In this document: one piece after another, positions 40,862 through 52,025 of the stretch
Numbering within the stretch: the stretch's first letter is position 1
Layout: each line of letters begins with the position of its first letter
Source of the DNA: Lama guanicoe
Taxonomy: Eukaryota
Direction: 5' to 3'
Assembly (NCBI GenBank): GCA_013239625.1
Contig: MU053352.1
Coordinates: 939,079-1,003,078 of the forward strand
Length of the DNA stretch: 64,000 nt
Notes under the pieces: generated by a model
What the model was told of the DNA's origin: nothing
The model's database searches: none
Seen by the model: the letters and a program-made list of their open reading frames with translations, nothing else
Program-made: the position numbers and the translations under genes

Positions 40862-41139
40862 CTGAAGAGCATCAGCGGCTGGGAGGTTCGCGGCCGCAGG
40901 AAGCAGATACGCGGCTGAGTCCCCACGTGAATGTCGGGGCGGCTGCCGAGCCTACCGCGCCAGAGGAAGACCGAAGCCGGGCTGGTGCCAGAACTGGTGG
41001 TCGCCTGGTCGGCGGCCGCATAGGCAATGGGCGAGCCTCGGTTCCAGGTGATCGACGGCCTGGGCTGCTGGCTAGCTGCTGGGTACTCATCTTCCACCCT
41101 CGAGAGTGTCTCAGGAGTTAGTGCCAGCTGGGGATCCAT
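40862..41139 (-). CDS. C5orf52: C5orf52-homologous protein, coding exon 1
   Basis: ATG 41139 gives MDPQLALTPETLSRVEDEYPAASQQPRPSITWNRGS...QATTSS...GRLGSRPDIHVGTQPRICFLRPRTSQPLMLF, resembling the recalled human C5orf52 N-terminal half. Donor AG|GTGCGG at 40861. 278 nt, phase 2. Confidence 0.85.
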
Positions 41140-41399
41140 GCTCACCGAGGGCGCGCAGACGCGGAGTGAACCCTGCGCAGGCGCAGAGTGAGCCTTGCGC
41201 AGACACGGTGCGCAGACGCGCTGCGCTGAGCACAGCGCGTTGCCCGGGAGACGCGCTAGTGAGGCGGGACCGGGGCTCTGGGCAGGCAGTGTGCGCGGAG
41301 CCCAGAAGGCTGCCTACGCAGCAGGATTGTCCCTCGGCGACTGCCGTGGTGCGGCCCGGCGCGTTGCCGTGGAGACTGGCTGGGAGAACTGAAGAGGGC

Positions 41400-41475
41400 T
41401 GCCCCGCGCTGAGCGGACCGTACTTCCTGGTTAGGATTGCGGTGGTCCCCACGCGATCGCCGGGCGGGTAACCGG
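41400..41475 (+). other. DUSP18: Probable non-coding first exon of DUSP18 (5' boundary approximate; alternative donor at 41703)
   Basis: Donor CGG|GTGAGT (GT at 41476) within the CpG island, and a second strong donor GAG|GTAAGA (GT at 41703). Acceptor ctctctctccctgcag ends at 43496, ahead of the CDS. Confidence 0.55.
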
Positions 41476-43566
41476 GTGAGTCTGGGTGGGGCAGCTCCGG
41501 GGCCGGGAGACGAGGCTGGGGTTTCTCCGTAGACCCAGCACGGTCAATTCCTCCCCGCGACAGGGGACCATTGCTATGGGAACCGGAGCGCCAGGCCAGC
41601 GGGAATTGCGGCCTCCCGATCCTGATCCGTCTTCTCCCAACCCGAGATCCTCTCCCAGGGTTGCTCCCTGAATGAACTTGTCCTTTCGCCCGCACGAGAG
41701 AGGTAAGACACCGAAGTCCTGACACCGAGCGGGTGAAGACGCCCGTTCCAACGCCAACTCCCCGGGAAACCTACCTGATTCACCCCTGGAAGTGGCGTCT
41801 TTCTCCCGTCGACACTTGACTTTGTTCCACGTTTATAACCCAGTATTAACGAAAGCCCCGCGGTGTGGCTTGCCGACTTTTCCCACACGTAATGAGACCA
41901 GAAAGACCGGCTGTTGGACCTTGCTTTGTGACCCTAGACAGGTCATTTCCCCTTCTTGCCTCACTTTCCCCGTGTGTAAAATGGAGATATTAACTTCAGA
42001 CACCAGCTCACTGTGTTGTTTTGGAGATGGAACCAAAGCTTTTAGGCCATGAAACCGTGACTGAGCTGCTGCGGAGTCGCTGTTTCTCCCCCTCCCCCCC
42101 CCACGCTAAACGTTCTTCAGATCTTTGTGTCATTTCTTCCGGCGATCTGTGCTTCTCCTTAGCCCCAATCTGAAATAAATGCCTTTACTCTTCATTCCTC
42201 TAATGCCCTGCATTATAACCCCCCTAACAACAGCAACAATAGTTATCATTTACAGAGGGTTCACTCTGTGCCAGGCCCTGTGTTAACCGCTTTACGTAGG
42301 TTACCTCACGTAATCCTCAGAAGATTCTTGTAAGGTAAGCACTATCATCCCTGTTTTCCAACTCTGTTGCGCTTGTCATTGCCTATTTAATGTCTGCCTT
42401 TCCCACTTGACTTTGAGCTCTGTGAGGCGGGGGCGATGGCTGTCTGGTGCATTTCAGTATCCCAGCACCCAGCACCTACTACAGTGCCTGATAAATATTT
42501 CTTGACCAGCAGGAAAATGACTTTCCTCCCATCACTACCCTCACCTTCCAGAGCAGTGTCTCCTCTGCACCCTCTTTGTCCCTGTAATTGGCAGCAGTCT
42601 CCACTATTCCTGTTGCCCACTGGACACTAGTTTTGGGGTCCCTCAGTCCACTTCTGCCTTGGTTTTCGTGTGTTAAGGATCCAGAACATCCCTTAGCATA
42701 TAGGCTTCCATCTGGGTTTGGGGGATGGCCTTTTCCCCTGCACTCACGTGACATTTAGAACAAACCAGCCCCATCTGCCCTACTGGGGATGAGCCTGTTG
42801 CATTGGACTTTGGGCATTGGATTTGTCTGTGCAGCCTTTGCCTTCCTCTCCTGCAGCCCAAGAACCACCCTCACCTCGACCCAGCTCCTCCCCAAAATTC
42901 TAGAGGTGGCAGAGTCGTGGTTGTTGGAATCATTCCTATGTTCAACAGATATCTGTGGGGACAGGCAACTTGGCACTGGTGATATAGTAGAAGTGAAGAT
43001 AGACACAGTGCTATCCCAGAAGGATTCGTGGGCAGATCACAGCAAAACTACATCTTCAATAAATGTTAGGAAGAAGGGCACCTGGGGCCTGCCTGGAGCA
43101 GGGACTTGATTAAATGTAGGGGTAGGGGTGTAGTCCTGGGAGGTTTCCTTCAGGAATTGACCCTAGGTGAAGATCCCAATGCCGAATGGAACATATTAGG
43201 ATCTGGCAGACTTGTCAGGAAAGGGGGTTCTGGTTGAGAGAAACAAAGGCCCTGGGCCAGAGAGGATCAGATCCCATACAGAACTGCAATTGGCTTGGCC
43301 TCCCTGAGGTCCTTCAGGATGCAGGAAAGGTTAAAAGGAGGTGGGAGAAATGGGGAGGAGCCAGGCCACAAAAGGCCTTGACAGCAGAGCTAAGGGGCTC
43401 TGTCTCATTCTAACAGGGCAGATGCTGAAATATATGAAATATACTGAGGGGGAACAGAACTTGGGCTCCTCACTTGTGTCCTCTCTCTCCCTGCAGTTCT
43501 CCATGGACACAGCCTAGCAGGAAGATGCAGCCTTCATGCCTCGTTGGCCGCTGACCTACCGGCCCA

Positions 43567-44133
43567 ATGACAGCATCCCCGTGTGCCTTCCCGGTTCAGT
43601 TCCGGCAGCCCTCGGTCAGCGGCCTCTCACAGATCACCAGCAGCCTGTATATCAGCAATGGGGTGGCTGCCAACAACAAGCTCATGCTCTCCAGCAACCA
43701 CATCACCACGGTCATCAACGTCTCCGTGGAGGTGGTGAACACGGTGTACGAGGACATCCGCTACGTGCAGGTGCCTGTGGCTGACACACCCGGCTCGCGG
43801 CTCTGTGACTTCTTTGACCCCATTGCAGACCACATCCACAGCGTGGAGATGGAGCAGGGCCGCACCCTGCTGCACTGCGCCGCTGGCGTGAGCCGCTCAG
43901 CCGCCCTCTGCCTCGCCTACCTCATGAAGTACCACGCCATGTCCCTGCTGGAGGCCCACACATGGACCAAGTCGTGCCGGCCCATCATCCGGCCCAACAA
44001 TGGCTTTTGGGAGCAGCTCATCCACTATGAGTTCCAGCTGTTCGGAAAGAACACAGTGCACATGGTCAGCTCCCCTGTGGGAGTGATCCCTGACATCTAT
44101 GAGAAGGAGGTCCGTCTCATGATCCCACTGTGA
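43567..44133 (+). CDS. DUSP18: Dual specificity protein phosphatase 18 (atypical DUSP), single coding exon, 188 aa
   Basis: MTASPCAFPVQFRQPSVSGLSQITSSLYISNG... with intact catalytic HCAAGVSRS (HCX5R), AYLM motif and IRPNNGFWEQL. Position between SLC35E4 and OSBP2 favours DUSP18 over its paralogue DUSP21. Confidence 0.96.
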   Translation: MTASPCAFPVQFRQPSVSGLSQITSSLYISNGVAANNKLMLSSNHITTVINVSVEVVNTVYEDIRYVQVPVADTPGSRLCDFFDPIADHIHSVEMEQGRTLLHCAAGVSRSAALCLAYLMKYHAMSLLEAHTWTKSCRPIIRPNNGFWEQLIHYEFQLFGKNTVHMVSSPVGVIPDIYEKEVRLMIPL

Positions 44134-44313
44134 GCCATCCTGTCAGCCCCTGCGGCGAGGTCAGATGTACAGATCTGCCGTTGATCCTACACCAAGATCT
44201 GCCCTTAAATGGTCTCCCTTTGTTGATACAGAAAAACCAGACGATGCCTTTATACAGGCAAGAAGAAAGGAAGGGTGCTGCAGCTTTTAACCTGATCATT
44301 CCTATCGTTAAAG

Positions 44314-44319
44314 ATTAAA
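44314..44319 (+). terminator. Candidate proximal polyadenylation signal (ATTAAA) of DUSP18
   Basis: ATTAAA about 180 nt after the stop codon. A longer UTR cannot be excluded. Confidence 0.4.
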
Positions 44320-47300
44320 CTAAGTGTAAGATGGTAAAGAGAAGTTTCCTACCCCGTGAGTGACAGCTTGTGGCTGCTGACCAGAGGGGGAGGGGGAGCC
44401 AGGTGGTACCCAGGTCAGATGGGCCAGCACCCAGTGTGTAAGGCAGGCCTGGAATCCTGCAGCTCTCCCCCCAGGAATGAGTCCACCACAATCTCATCTC
44501 ACTCTTTCACATCTGAAGCCAGCCTTAAGCATCACATCATCTCCTGTGCTTCCCACAGTAAGTGCCAACCTACTGGATAAGTAGCCTTCAAGCGTGCTCT
44601 GGGAGCCCAAGGGGCCCCATGCAAAGCCAGCTTCCACCTTCAACCACAGGGGCTCAACTCTGGTTTTCTACATTAGCCTTACGCGTAAGATAGTTTTCAA
44701 AAGAAGCATTCCATTAGATACAAATTTTTAAAAAAACATTTCTTTTTGAGCACTGTTGTACGTGGCAAGGTCCCCTTACCACCTTTTGGTTAAAGGTGAC
44801 ATTAGTCTTTGTCTCGGGGCCCATGTGGAGAGCGGGCCTGTCATCAGGCTCCAGAGGTTCCCCTCACAGGCCTCGGCTCAGAAGGCTGGAGCTGCGGCCT
44901 GGAACCCAGCCTTGCCAGCTCCTGCCCGTGTGATCTGGGGCCTCCTGGAGCCTCAGTTTCCTCACCCAAGCAGTGACAGCCCTTTTCCTCACAGGGTAGT
45001 CATGAAGATTCCATGATTCCTTAGCGCGGTGCCTGGTACGTGGCAGGTGCTTAGTGTAACCCGCAGCTCTCGTCACGAATGATGCTCTGACCCCGCTGGT
45101 CCAAGTCGGCAAGTCATCCTCACAACAGCCTTTCCCCCATCTGTGTATAGCCCATTACTGCTTACAAAATGCTCTTCCAAAAAGTCATCCTGCGTGGGAA
45201 AAAAGTGGTTTAAGGCCTTTCCAACTCTGCCTTGGAGGAGGCCTAGACCTCGAAGCCTCTTCAGAATTCCCATTATGTTTCATCCACTTGTGACCTGGGA
45301 ACCGAGCTTCCCCCAAAGGGCCTTGTTTAGATCGCTGATCATCAGAGCCAGCGATGTGGCTGGGGTCCACAGGGTGTGTCCCAAAAGGACAAACAAGTAG
45401 GCCCTGCCAGTGGGCCCCAGAATCCAGGAGTGTTCATACCCCAGCCCCAGTGCCTGAGGATCTGGGTCAAGACCAGCTCTTCTAATCCAGAGATTTTTAG
45501 ATGAACATTATACGGGCCAGACAAAAGCACAACTGCTCTGTGGGTCCAGAGCCCACTGAAGGCCAAATGCTCCTTCTCTCCAAACCTATCCCACCCCTAC
45601 TTCCACACAGGGCCTGCCCAGGGCTGCAGTTTAAGGGTCGGGGGGAAGGAACATCGCTGCTCTAGGCTGATCTCATTTGAGAGTTGAATGAATAAGCAGA
45701 CCCACAAAGACCAGAGCTGGTGTGGCAGTGCACCCATAAAGCAGAAGAAGCCCATCTGGAGGAAACCCAGACGGGAAATTTCTTTGAAAGCATTTTTTTT
45801 AAAAAGCTTATTTGGATATATTTTGTTTCAGTTTTTAAAACTTTTAAAATTAACATACCATAAAATTAACTTTCTCCTACGAGAAGTCCTATGTGTTTGA
45901 ACACATTTGTGTAACTACCTCCACCATCAGGACCCAGAGCAGTTCCATCACCCCCCAGACTCCCTCATGCTGCCCCTTTGCAGGCATACCTTTGTCCCAC
46001 CCCAGTCTCTGGCAAACACCTGTCTCTTCTCGATCCCCACAGATCTGTCTTTTCCAGAATGTCACATGGTCACATGCATTGAATCATAGAGGATGTATGT
46101 AACCTCCGGAGACCAGCTTCTTTCAGTACAAGGTCTTTAAGAGTCACACCTGCTGCTTTTTATGGCTAAGTGGTATTCCTGTATGACGACACTACAGTTT
46201 GTTTTACATTGACCCGCTGAAGGATATTTGTGTGTTTCCAGTTTGGGGTGATTTTGAATCAAACTGCTATGATTATTTGTGTATAGGTTTTTGTGGGAAC
46301 ATAATTTTTCATTTCTCTAGGGTATATACCTAGAAGCAAGATTGCTCAGTCCTATGGTAAAGATTATGTTTAACTTTCAAAAATGACCAGACTTCCAGAG
46401 TGGCTATACCATTTTGCATCCCACTCTGAGAGCTTCGGTTTCTTGCCAGTATTTGGAACTGCCAATATTTTTTATTTCAGCCATTCTGATAGGTGTGTAT
46501 TGTTAGCTCATTGTGGTTTTAAGTTGCATTTTCCTAATGGTTAATGATGTTAAGGAAAGAGTCTATTAAACTCTTTTACCCATTTTTAAATTGAGCTGTT
46601 TTCTCCCTATTGAATGTTGAGAATTCTTTATATATTCTGGATACAAGTCCTTTATCAGATACGGATTTTTAAAATATTTTTCCCCAGTGTGGCTTGTCTT
46701 TTCACTCTCTTAAAAGTGGCTTTTGCAGAGCAAAAGTTTTCAGTTTTGGTGATGTGCTACTTACCGGTTTTTCCTTTTATGGATTTTTTTTTTTTGGTGT
46801 CTTGTCTAAGAACTTTGCCTAAGCTCAGATCACAAAGCTTTTCTCTAATGTTTTAAAGTTTGAGAGTTAAAGTTTTTCACTTATTTCTATGATTCTTTTG
46901 CATAAGGTGTGAGGGGTAGTTTGAGGTTCGTATTTTTTCCTGTCAATGTCCAGAGGTTTCCTTTGATTGAAGACTGTCCTTTCTCCATGGAGCTGCCTTT
47001 GCACCTTGGTGTGAGTCTGTTTTTGTACTTTCAAAACTTGTACTGTCTGTTTGATGTGTGTCTTTCTCTTCACCAATACCACACCATCTTGTTTACCGTA
47101 GCTACAAAGTAAGTCTTAAAATTGAACGATACGAGTCCTCCAGTTTTCTTCCTTTTTAAAAAATTGTTTCGGTTTTTTTAGTTTCTTTGCCTCTCCATAT
47201 AAATTTTAGAAGCAACTTGTCTACGTCGATGACAACAACAAAAATTCTGCTGGGATTTCTATTGAAATTACATTAAATCTGTTGTCCAATCCGGGGGAGA

Positions 47301-49450
47301 ATTAACATCTTGACTTGAACTCTTCTGATCTGTGAGCACAGTTTGTCTCCCCGTTGATGTAGGTCTTTGATGTCTTTCATCAGTGTTTTGTAGTTTTCAG
47401 CACACAGAGCTTATATATTTTATTACAGTTACACCTAAATATTTTATTTGAAGGAGGGCATCATAAAAAGAATTTTTTTTCAACTTTGGTTTCCAGTTGT
47501 TCATTGTTCGTCTATAGAAGTACAATTGATTTTTGTGTATTGACCTCGTATCCTGTGACCCTGATAAATACACTTATTCTAAGAGCATTTTTGTAGATTC
47601 CTTGGCTGTCTACGTGTAGACAGTCATGTCACCTGCAAATAGAAATAGTTTTATTTCTTCCTTTTCCATCTGAATGCCTTTAGTTTCTTTTTTTATTACA
47701 CAGCCTGGGGACTTCCAGTATGGTGATGAGCATGAGTGGTGAGAACAGACGTTCTTGCCTTATTTCTGACCTCAGAAATTGTTCAGTCTTTGACAGTTAA
47801 CTACGATGTTAGCTATAGGTTTTTCTTGTAGTTGCCCTTTATTAGGTTAAGGAAGAGTTGGAAAGTATTATCTTCTCTTCTAGTCCCTGGAAGAGATGTA
47901 TGAATTGGTGTTATTTCTTCTTTAAATGTTTGGTAGACTTCAGCAGTGAAACCATCTGAGCTTTTTTCAGAAGGATTTAACAATAAATTCAATTCCATTC
48001 ATAGTTAAAGGATTATTCAAGTTATCTGTTTCATCTTGGGTGCGTTTTGGTAGTTTGTGATTTTTGAGGAATAGGTTATTTCATCCAACCATCAGATTTA
48101 TGCATGTAGAGTTGTTTATAGTGTCCCCTTAGCATCTTTTTTATCTGCAGGGTCTGCAGTAACATCACCTTTTCATTTTTCATACTGATCATTTGTCTTC
48201 TGTATTTCTTTGTTAGTCTGGCTAGAGGTTTATCAATTTTAAAAGATCTTTTTAAAGAAGTACTTACCTTGTATTTTTAATTTTCTCTATTGTTCTTCTC
48301 TTTTCTATTTCCTTGATTTCTCCTCCTAATTATTTCCATAGTTCTGCTTGCTTTGAGCTTATTTTGTTCTTTTTTCGAATTTCCTGGAAGGTGGAAACTT
48401 ACATTATTGATTTGAGACCTTGCATCCCACAGAAATCAATATGTTGCATTTTCAATCTTGTGCATTTCAACACATTTTCTAATTTCCCTTGAAATGTCCT
48501 TCTTTACCCATGTGTTATTTAGAAGTGTGTGGTTTAACTTCTAAGTATTTGGAAGTTTTACAACCATCTCTCTGTTACAGGTTTCTAGTTTAATTCCATC
48601 AGTCAGAGACCATTCATTGTATGATTTCATTTCTTTTAAACTTATTAATGTTTACTTAATGATGTAGGTTATGGTCTGTCTTGGTAAATGCTTCATGTGC
48701 ACTTGGGGGAAAAAGGGGTTTATTTTGGATGGAGTGTTCAATAAATGTCAATTAGGACCAGTTGATTGATAATGGTTTCATTTCTCTTACACACTTCCTG
48801 GTTTTCTAGTTACTTGTTCCATGGATTACCAAGAGGAGTGTTAAAGTATCCAGCTAAAACTGGATTTGTGTACATCTCTTTTCAATTCTATTAACTTTTG
48901 TTTCATGTACTTTGAAGCTTTGTTGTTAGGCGCTTCATGATTGGGATTGTTATGTCTTCATGGCGAACTGACCCTTTTATGAACATCCAGTGTCTCATTA
49001 TCTTTCTTTAGCAAGTCTATTCTGCCTGATATTAATACAACCACCCCAGCTTTGTTTTAAGTAAGTATTTGCATGATGTATCTTTTTACATCCTTTTACT
49101 TTCAGCCTACCTATATTGTTATATTGAAAGTAGGTTTCTTGTAGACAGCATATAATTGAGTCTTTTTTCATATATCCAGTTTGTCCCTTAATTGCTGTGT
49201 TTAGACCAAAAATATTGATATTTGGACTTAGGTCTACCATTTTACTGTTTTCTGTTTGTCCTCTCTGGTTTTCATTCTTCTATTTCCCTTTTCCTGCCTT
49301 CTTTTGGATTATTAATATTTTTAAGTATTCCATTTAATTTTGTATAGTCTTTTTAGACATTGCATTAGAGACTATAATATACATACTTAACTGTTCATAA
49401 GCTGCCTAAATTAATATCTTACCAGCCTCACTGTTATTCATACTGGATAA

Positions 49451-50000
49451 TGTATTAGTTTTCTCTTGCTGCCATAACAAGTTACCACCAACTTAAGACA
49501 ACACCTATTTATTACTTCACAATTTCCGGAGGTCAGAAGTCTGGTTAGGTTTGACTGTCTTCTGCTTAGGGCCTCACAAGGCCAAATTCAGGGGATTTCA
49601 TAAGCCTGAAATCCAGCATATTTTTCAAGCTTATTGAGATGGTTGACTTCAGTTCCTCATGGTTGAAGAAGACCCCATTTCCTTACTAACTTAGCTGGGG
49701 GCTGCTCTTTTCTCCTAGAAGTTGCCCACATTCCTTTCAGTGCTTTCGTGGCCCCTCCAGCAAGAGCGGGTTGAGTCCCTCTCACACTTTAAATACCTCT
49801 GACTCTCCTGCTGCATCTCTGAATCCAGCCAGAGAAAAATCTCTGCTTTTAAGGATTCATGTGAGTAGACTAGGCCCACCCAACAATCCAGCCCTGATTT
49901 TTAAAGTCCATAAACTCAATTACATCTGCAAAGTCTCTTTTATCATAAAAAGCAACGTTCACACTTTCCAAGGAATAAGGCATGGACGTGTTTGGCAGAG
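49451..50000 (-). mobile_element. MaLR (MLT1-like) LTR
   Basis: Starts tgtattagttttctcttgctgccataacaagttaccac...ggaggtcagaagtc, the reverse-strand MLT terminus. Confidence 0.75.
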
Positions 50001-50422
50001 GTGGACATACTGCATATCACAGACAATTTCTACCGCTCTGTCTTCAAGTTCACAGCCTTTCCTCAGTCACCTCCATTTTGCTACTGAGGCCAATTACTAG
50101 TATATTTTCAAATTTTGGTGAATGTATTTTCTTAGTGTTAAATATTCTATTTGATTATTTTCTGTACCTTCTATGCCTCTGCTGAGACTTTCTATCTTTT
50201 CATTTCTAAAGTCTTTTTCTGATAATTCCAATATTTGGGTCATCTCCGTGTTTAAACTTTCTTGACTCTTTATACATAAAGTAATTTTGGATTGAATCCT
50301 GGACACTTTAAATATTATGCTATGGGACTAGGTCTTGGGTAATTCCTATGGAAGATGTTGAGTTTTTGTTTTAGGAGGCAATTGATCCACGTAGGATCAG
50401 TTCTGTTCTGCCTCCTGTAGGC

Positions 50423-50810
50423 TGTTAAAACAATAGGCTCAAAATGGAGTCACTTGTGCTAAGCCCAACCGCACCAAGCTGAGACTTAATTGAATTATAG
50501 TTTTGGCTCTCCCAGAAATGAAATATTAAACCAGTCAATCAGGAATCACCTCCTCAGCACTAGTTAGGCAATCTGCCTGATAGATCCCTGCCATCCCCTA
50601 AAGGAAAATAAACTTGCGATAACCAACGCGCTTTTTTGCCTAAGACAACTTCCTCGTTCTTGCTCCCTTCTGCATATGAAAGTCTTTCATTCTGTACAGC
50701 TCCTTGGAGCTCTTCCTATGTGCCAGATTGGATGCTGCCCAATTCATAAATCGTTGAATAAAGTCTGTAAGATCTTTAAAATATACTCTGTTGAATTTTG
50801 TTTTTTAACA
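50423..50810 (+). mobile_element. Solo ERV1-type LTR (388 bp)
   Basis: Perfect terminal inverted repeats TGTTAAAA...TTTTAACA, internal AATAAA, and a 4-bp TSD aggc/gggc. Confidence 0.85.
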
Positions 50811-51751
50811 GGGCCATAGTTCGAGTATCAGTTCGGTTTTCAGAACCTCTGCAGTGTAAGACAGATCTATCCTACGTTTGTGCCACCCAGGAGCCCGTCT
50901 GAAATCTGGGGGGTCTACATAGTAGTTTCGTTCTCAAAGTCATTGGAATACTGTTTGGGGTCAGATCCATGCCTGTGAATCTAGGGGACCCGGGTCTCAA
51001 GCCTCCTCCTCTCCACAGTTTCTCCCACACCCTCCAGTTTTCAAGACCACCATCCCCTGGCCTCCAAGCTAGAATCCAGGCCTTGAGTCTGCCTGCTCTG
51101 CTGTACACATTCTGTGGCTTCTTCTGCTCTGGAACCAGGTGGCAGGATGAAGGGAGGGGGAAAAGCAAGGGGATGCCTCCCCTCGAAACACACCCTTCAA
51201 GCCACAGCTGTGGTCAGACGGAAGGATGCCCCTCAGAGCTTTAGGATCTCTGCCGGCTGTCGCCGCTGCTGCTCCCACCCGGTTTCAACTTCAGAATGAG
51301 GCTTGCCCAGGGACAGGACTGGACGAGAAAAGAGGAAAAACAGAGGGCAACAAGGATTTCCCTCATTCTGTTTGTCCTGAAGGGGCCCTTCTTCCTACTC
51401 CTCAGACCAGAAAGACAGGGCTTCTCTTGGAGTTTTTTCTTTCCATTTCCAGGGTCCACACTGCCCCTGAGACCATGGCCAGCAGATACAGGAGCAAAAA
51501 GCAAAACAAGAAACTCGCCACCAGACTGTTTACACTCCAAGTTCTGGTTCCCTCTCCCAATCCACCTGCTACCATTTCTTCCTCAAAGTCCACGGATAGC
51601 TGCTTCCTACATTCCGCCCAGGGTTTTTAGTTGCACTCAGATGGAAGGACAGACTCTGCTTACTCTGTCTTACTCAGAACTGAAACCCTAAGAAATGTCT
51701 TTTTGAAAATATATGCTCATGCGTGGCGGGAGGCTAATAGCTCAGTGGTAG

Positions 51752-52025
51752 TCCCGTGATGGCCGGGACGGAGGCCTCCTGCCTACGGCCATGTGAATGC
51801 ATCGTCTTGGAAGTGGACCCTCCAGCCCCAGTCAAGCCTTCGTGTGACTACAGTCCTGGGTGACATCTGACTGCCCCTTGTGAGGGAGACCCTGAGTCAG
51901 AGCTGTCCAACTCAGCCACTCCCAGGTGCCTGATCCACAGAAACCGGGAGATAATTTATATGTGTTGCTCTAAGCCATAGTGTTTGGGGATAACTTGCTC
52001 CCCCAGATCAATACAATAGATGCTA
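51752..52025 (+). mobile_element. MaLR (MLT1-like) LTR 3' part, preceded by a SINE head fragment (51725-51751)
   Basis: cagccccagtcaagcctt...gagaccctgagtcaga...ccacagaaac...tgttgctctaagcca..gtttgggg is the typical MLT1 3' end. Confidence 0.8.

Larger units (their letters stand above)
40400..41900. promoter_or_regulatory. CpG-island bidirectional promoter of C5orf52-like (-) and DUSP18 (+)
   Basis: CpG island. NRF1-type TGCGCAGGCGCA at 41174-41185. X-box-like motifs at 41239, 41363 and 41570. ETS-like ACTTCCTG near 41423. Plus-strand donors at 41476 and 41703. Confidence 0.85.
45840..51640 (-). mobile_element. Long degraded L1M element interrupted by MaLR and ERV LTRs
   Basis: T-rich plus strand. 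Minus-strand ORF2-like peptides (DGFTAEVYQTFKEEITPI; ICCLQETY...RLKVKGCKKIHHAN). Boundaries approximate. Confidence 0.8.

Noticed and set aside
41106..41757. Several long overlapping ORFs in the DUSP18 promoter (likewise 61282-61929 and 26509-27149)
   Set aside because: Arg/Gly/Pro/Ala-rich translations typical of CpG-island DNA.
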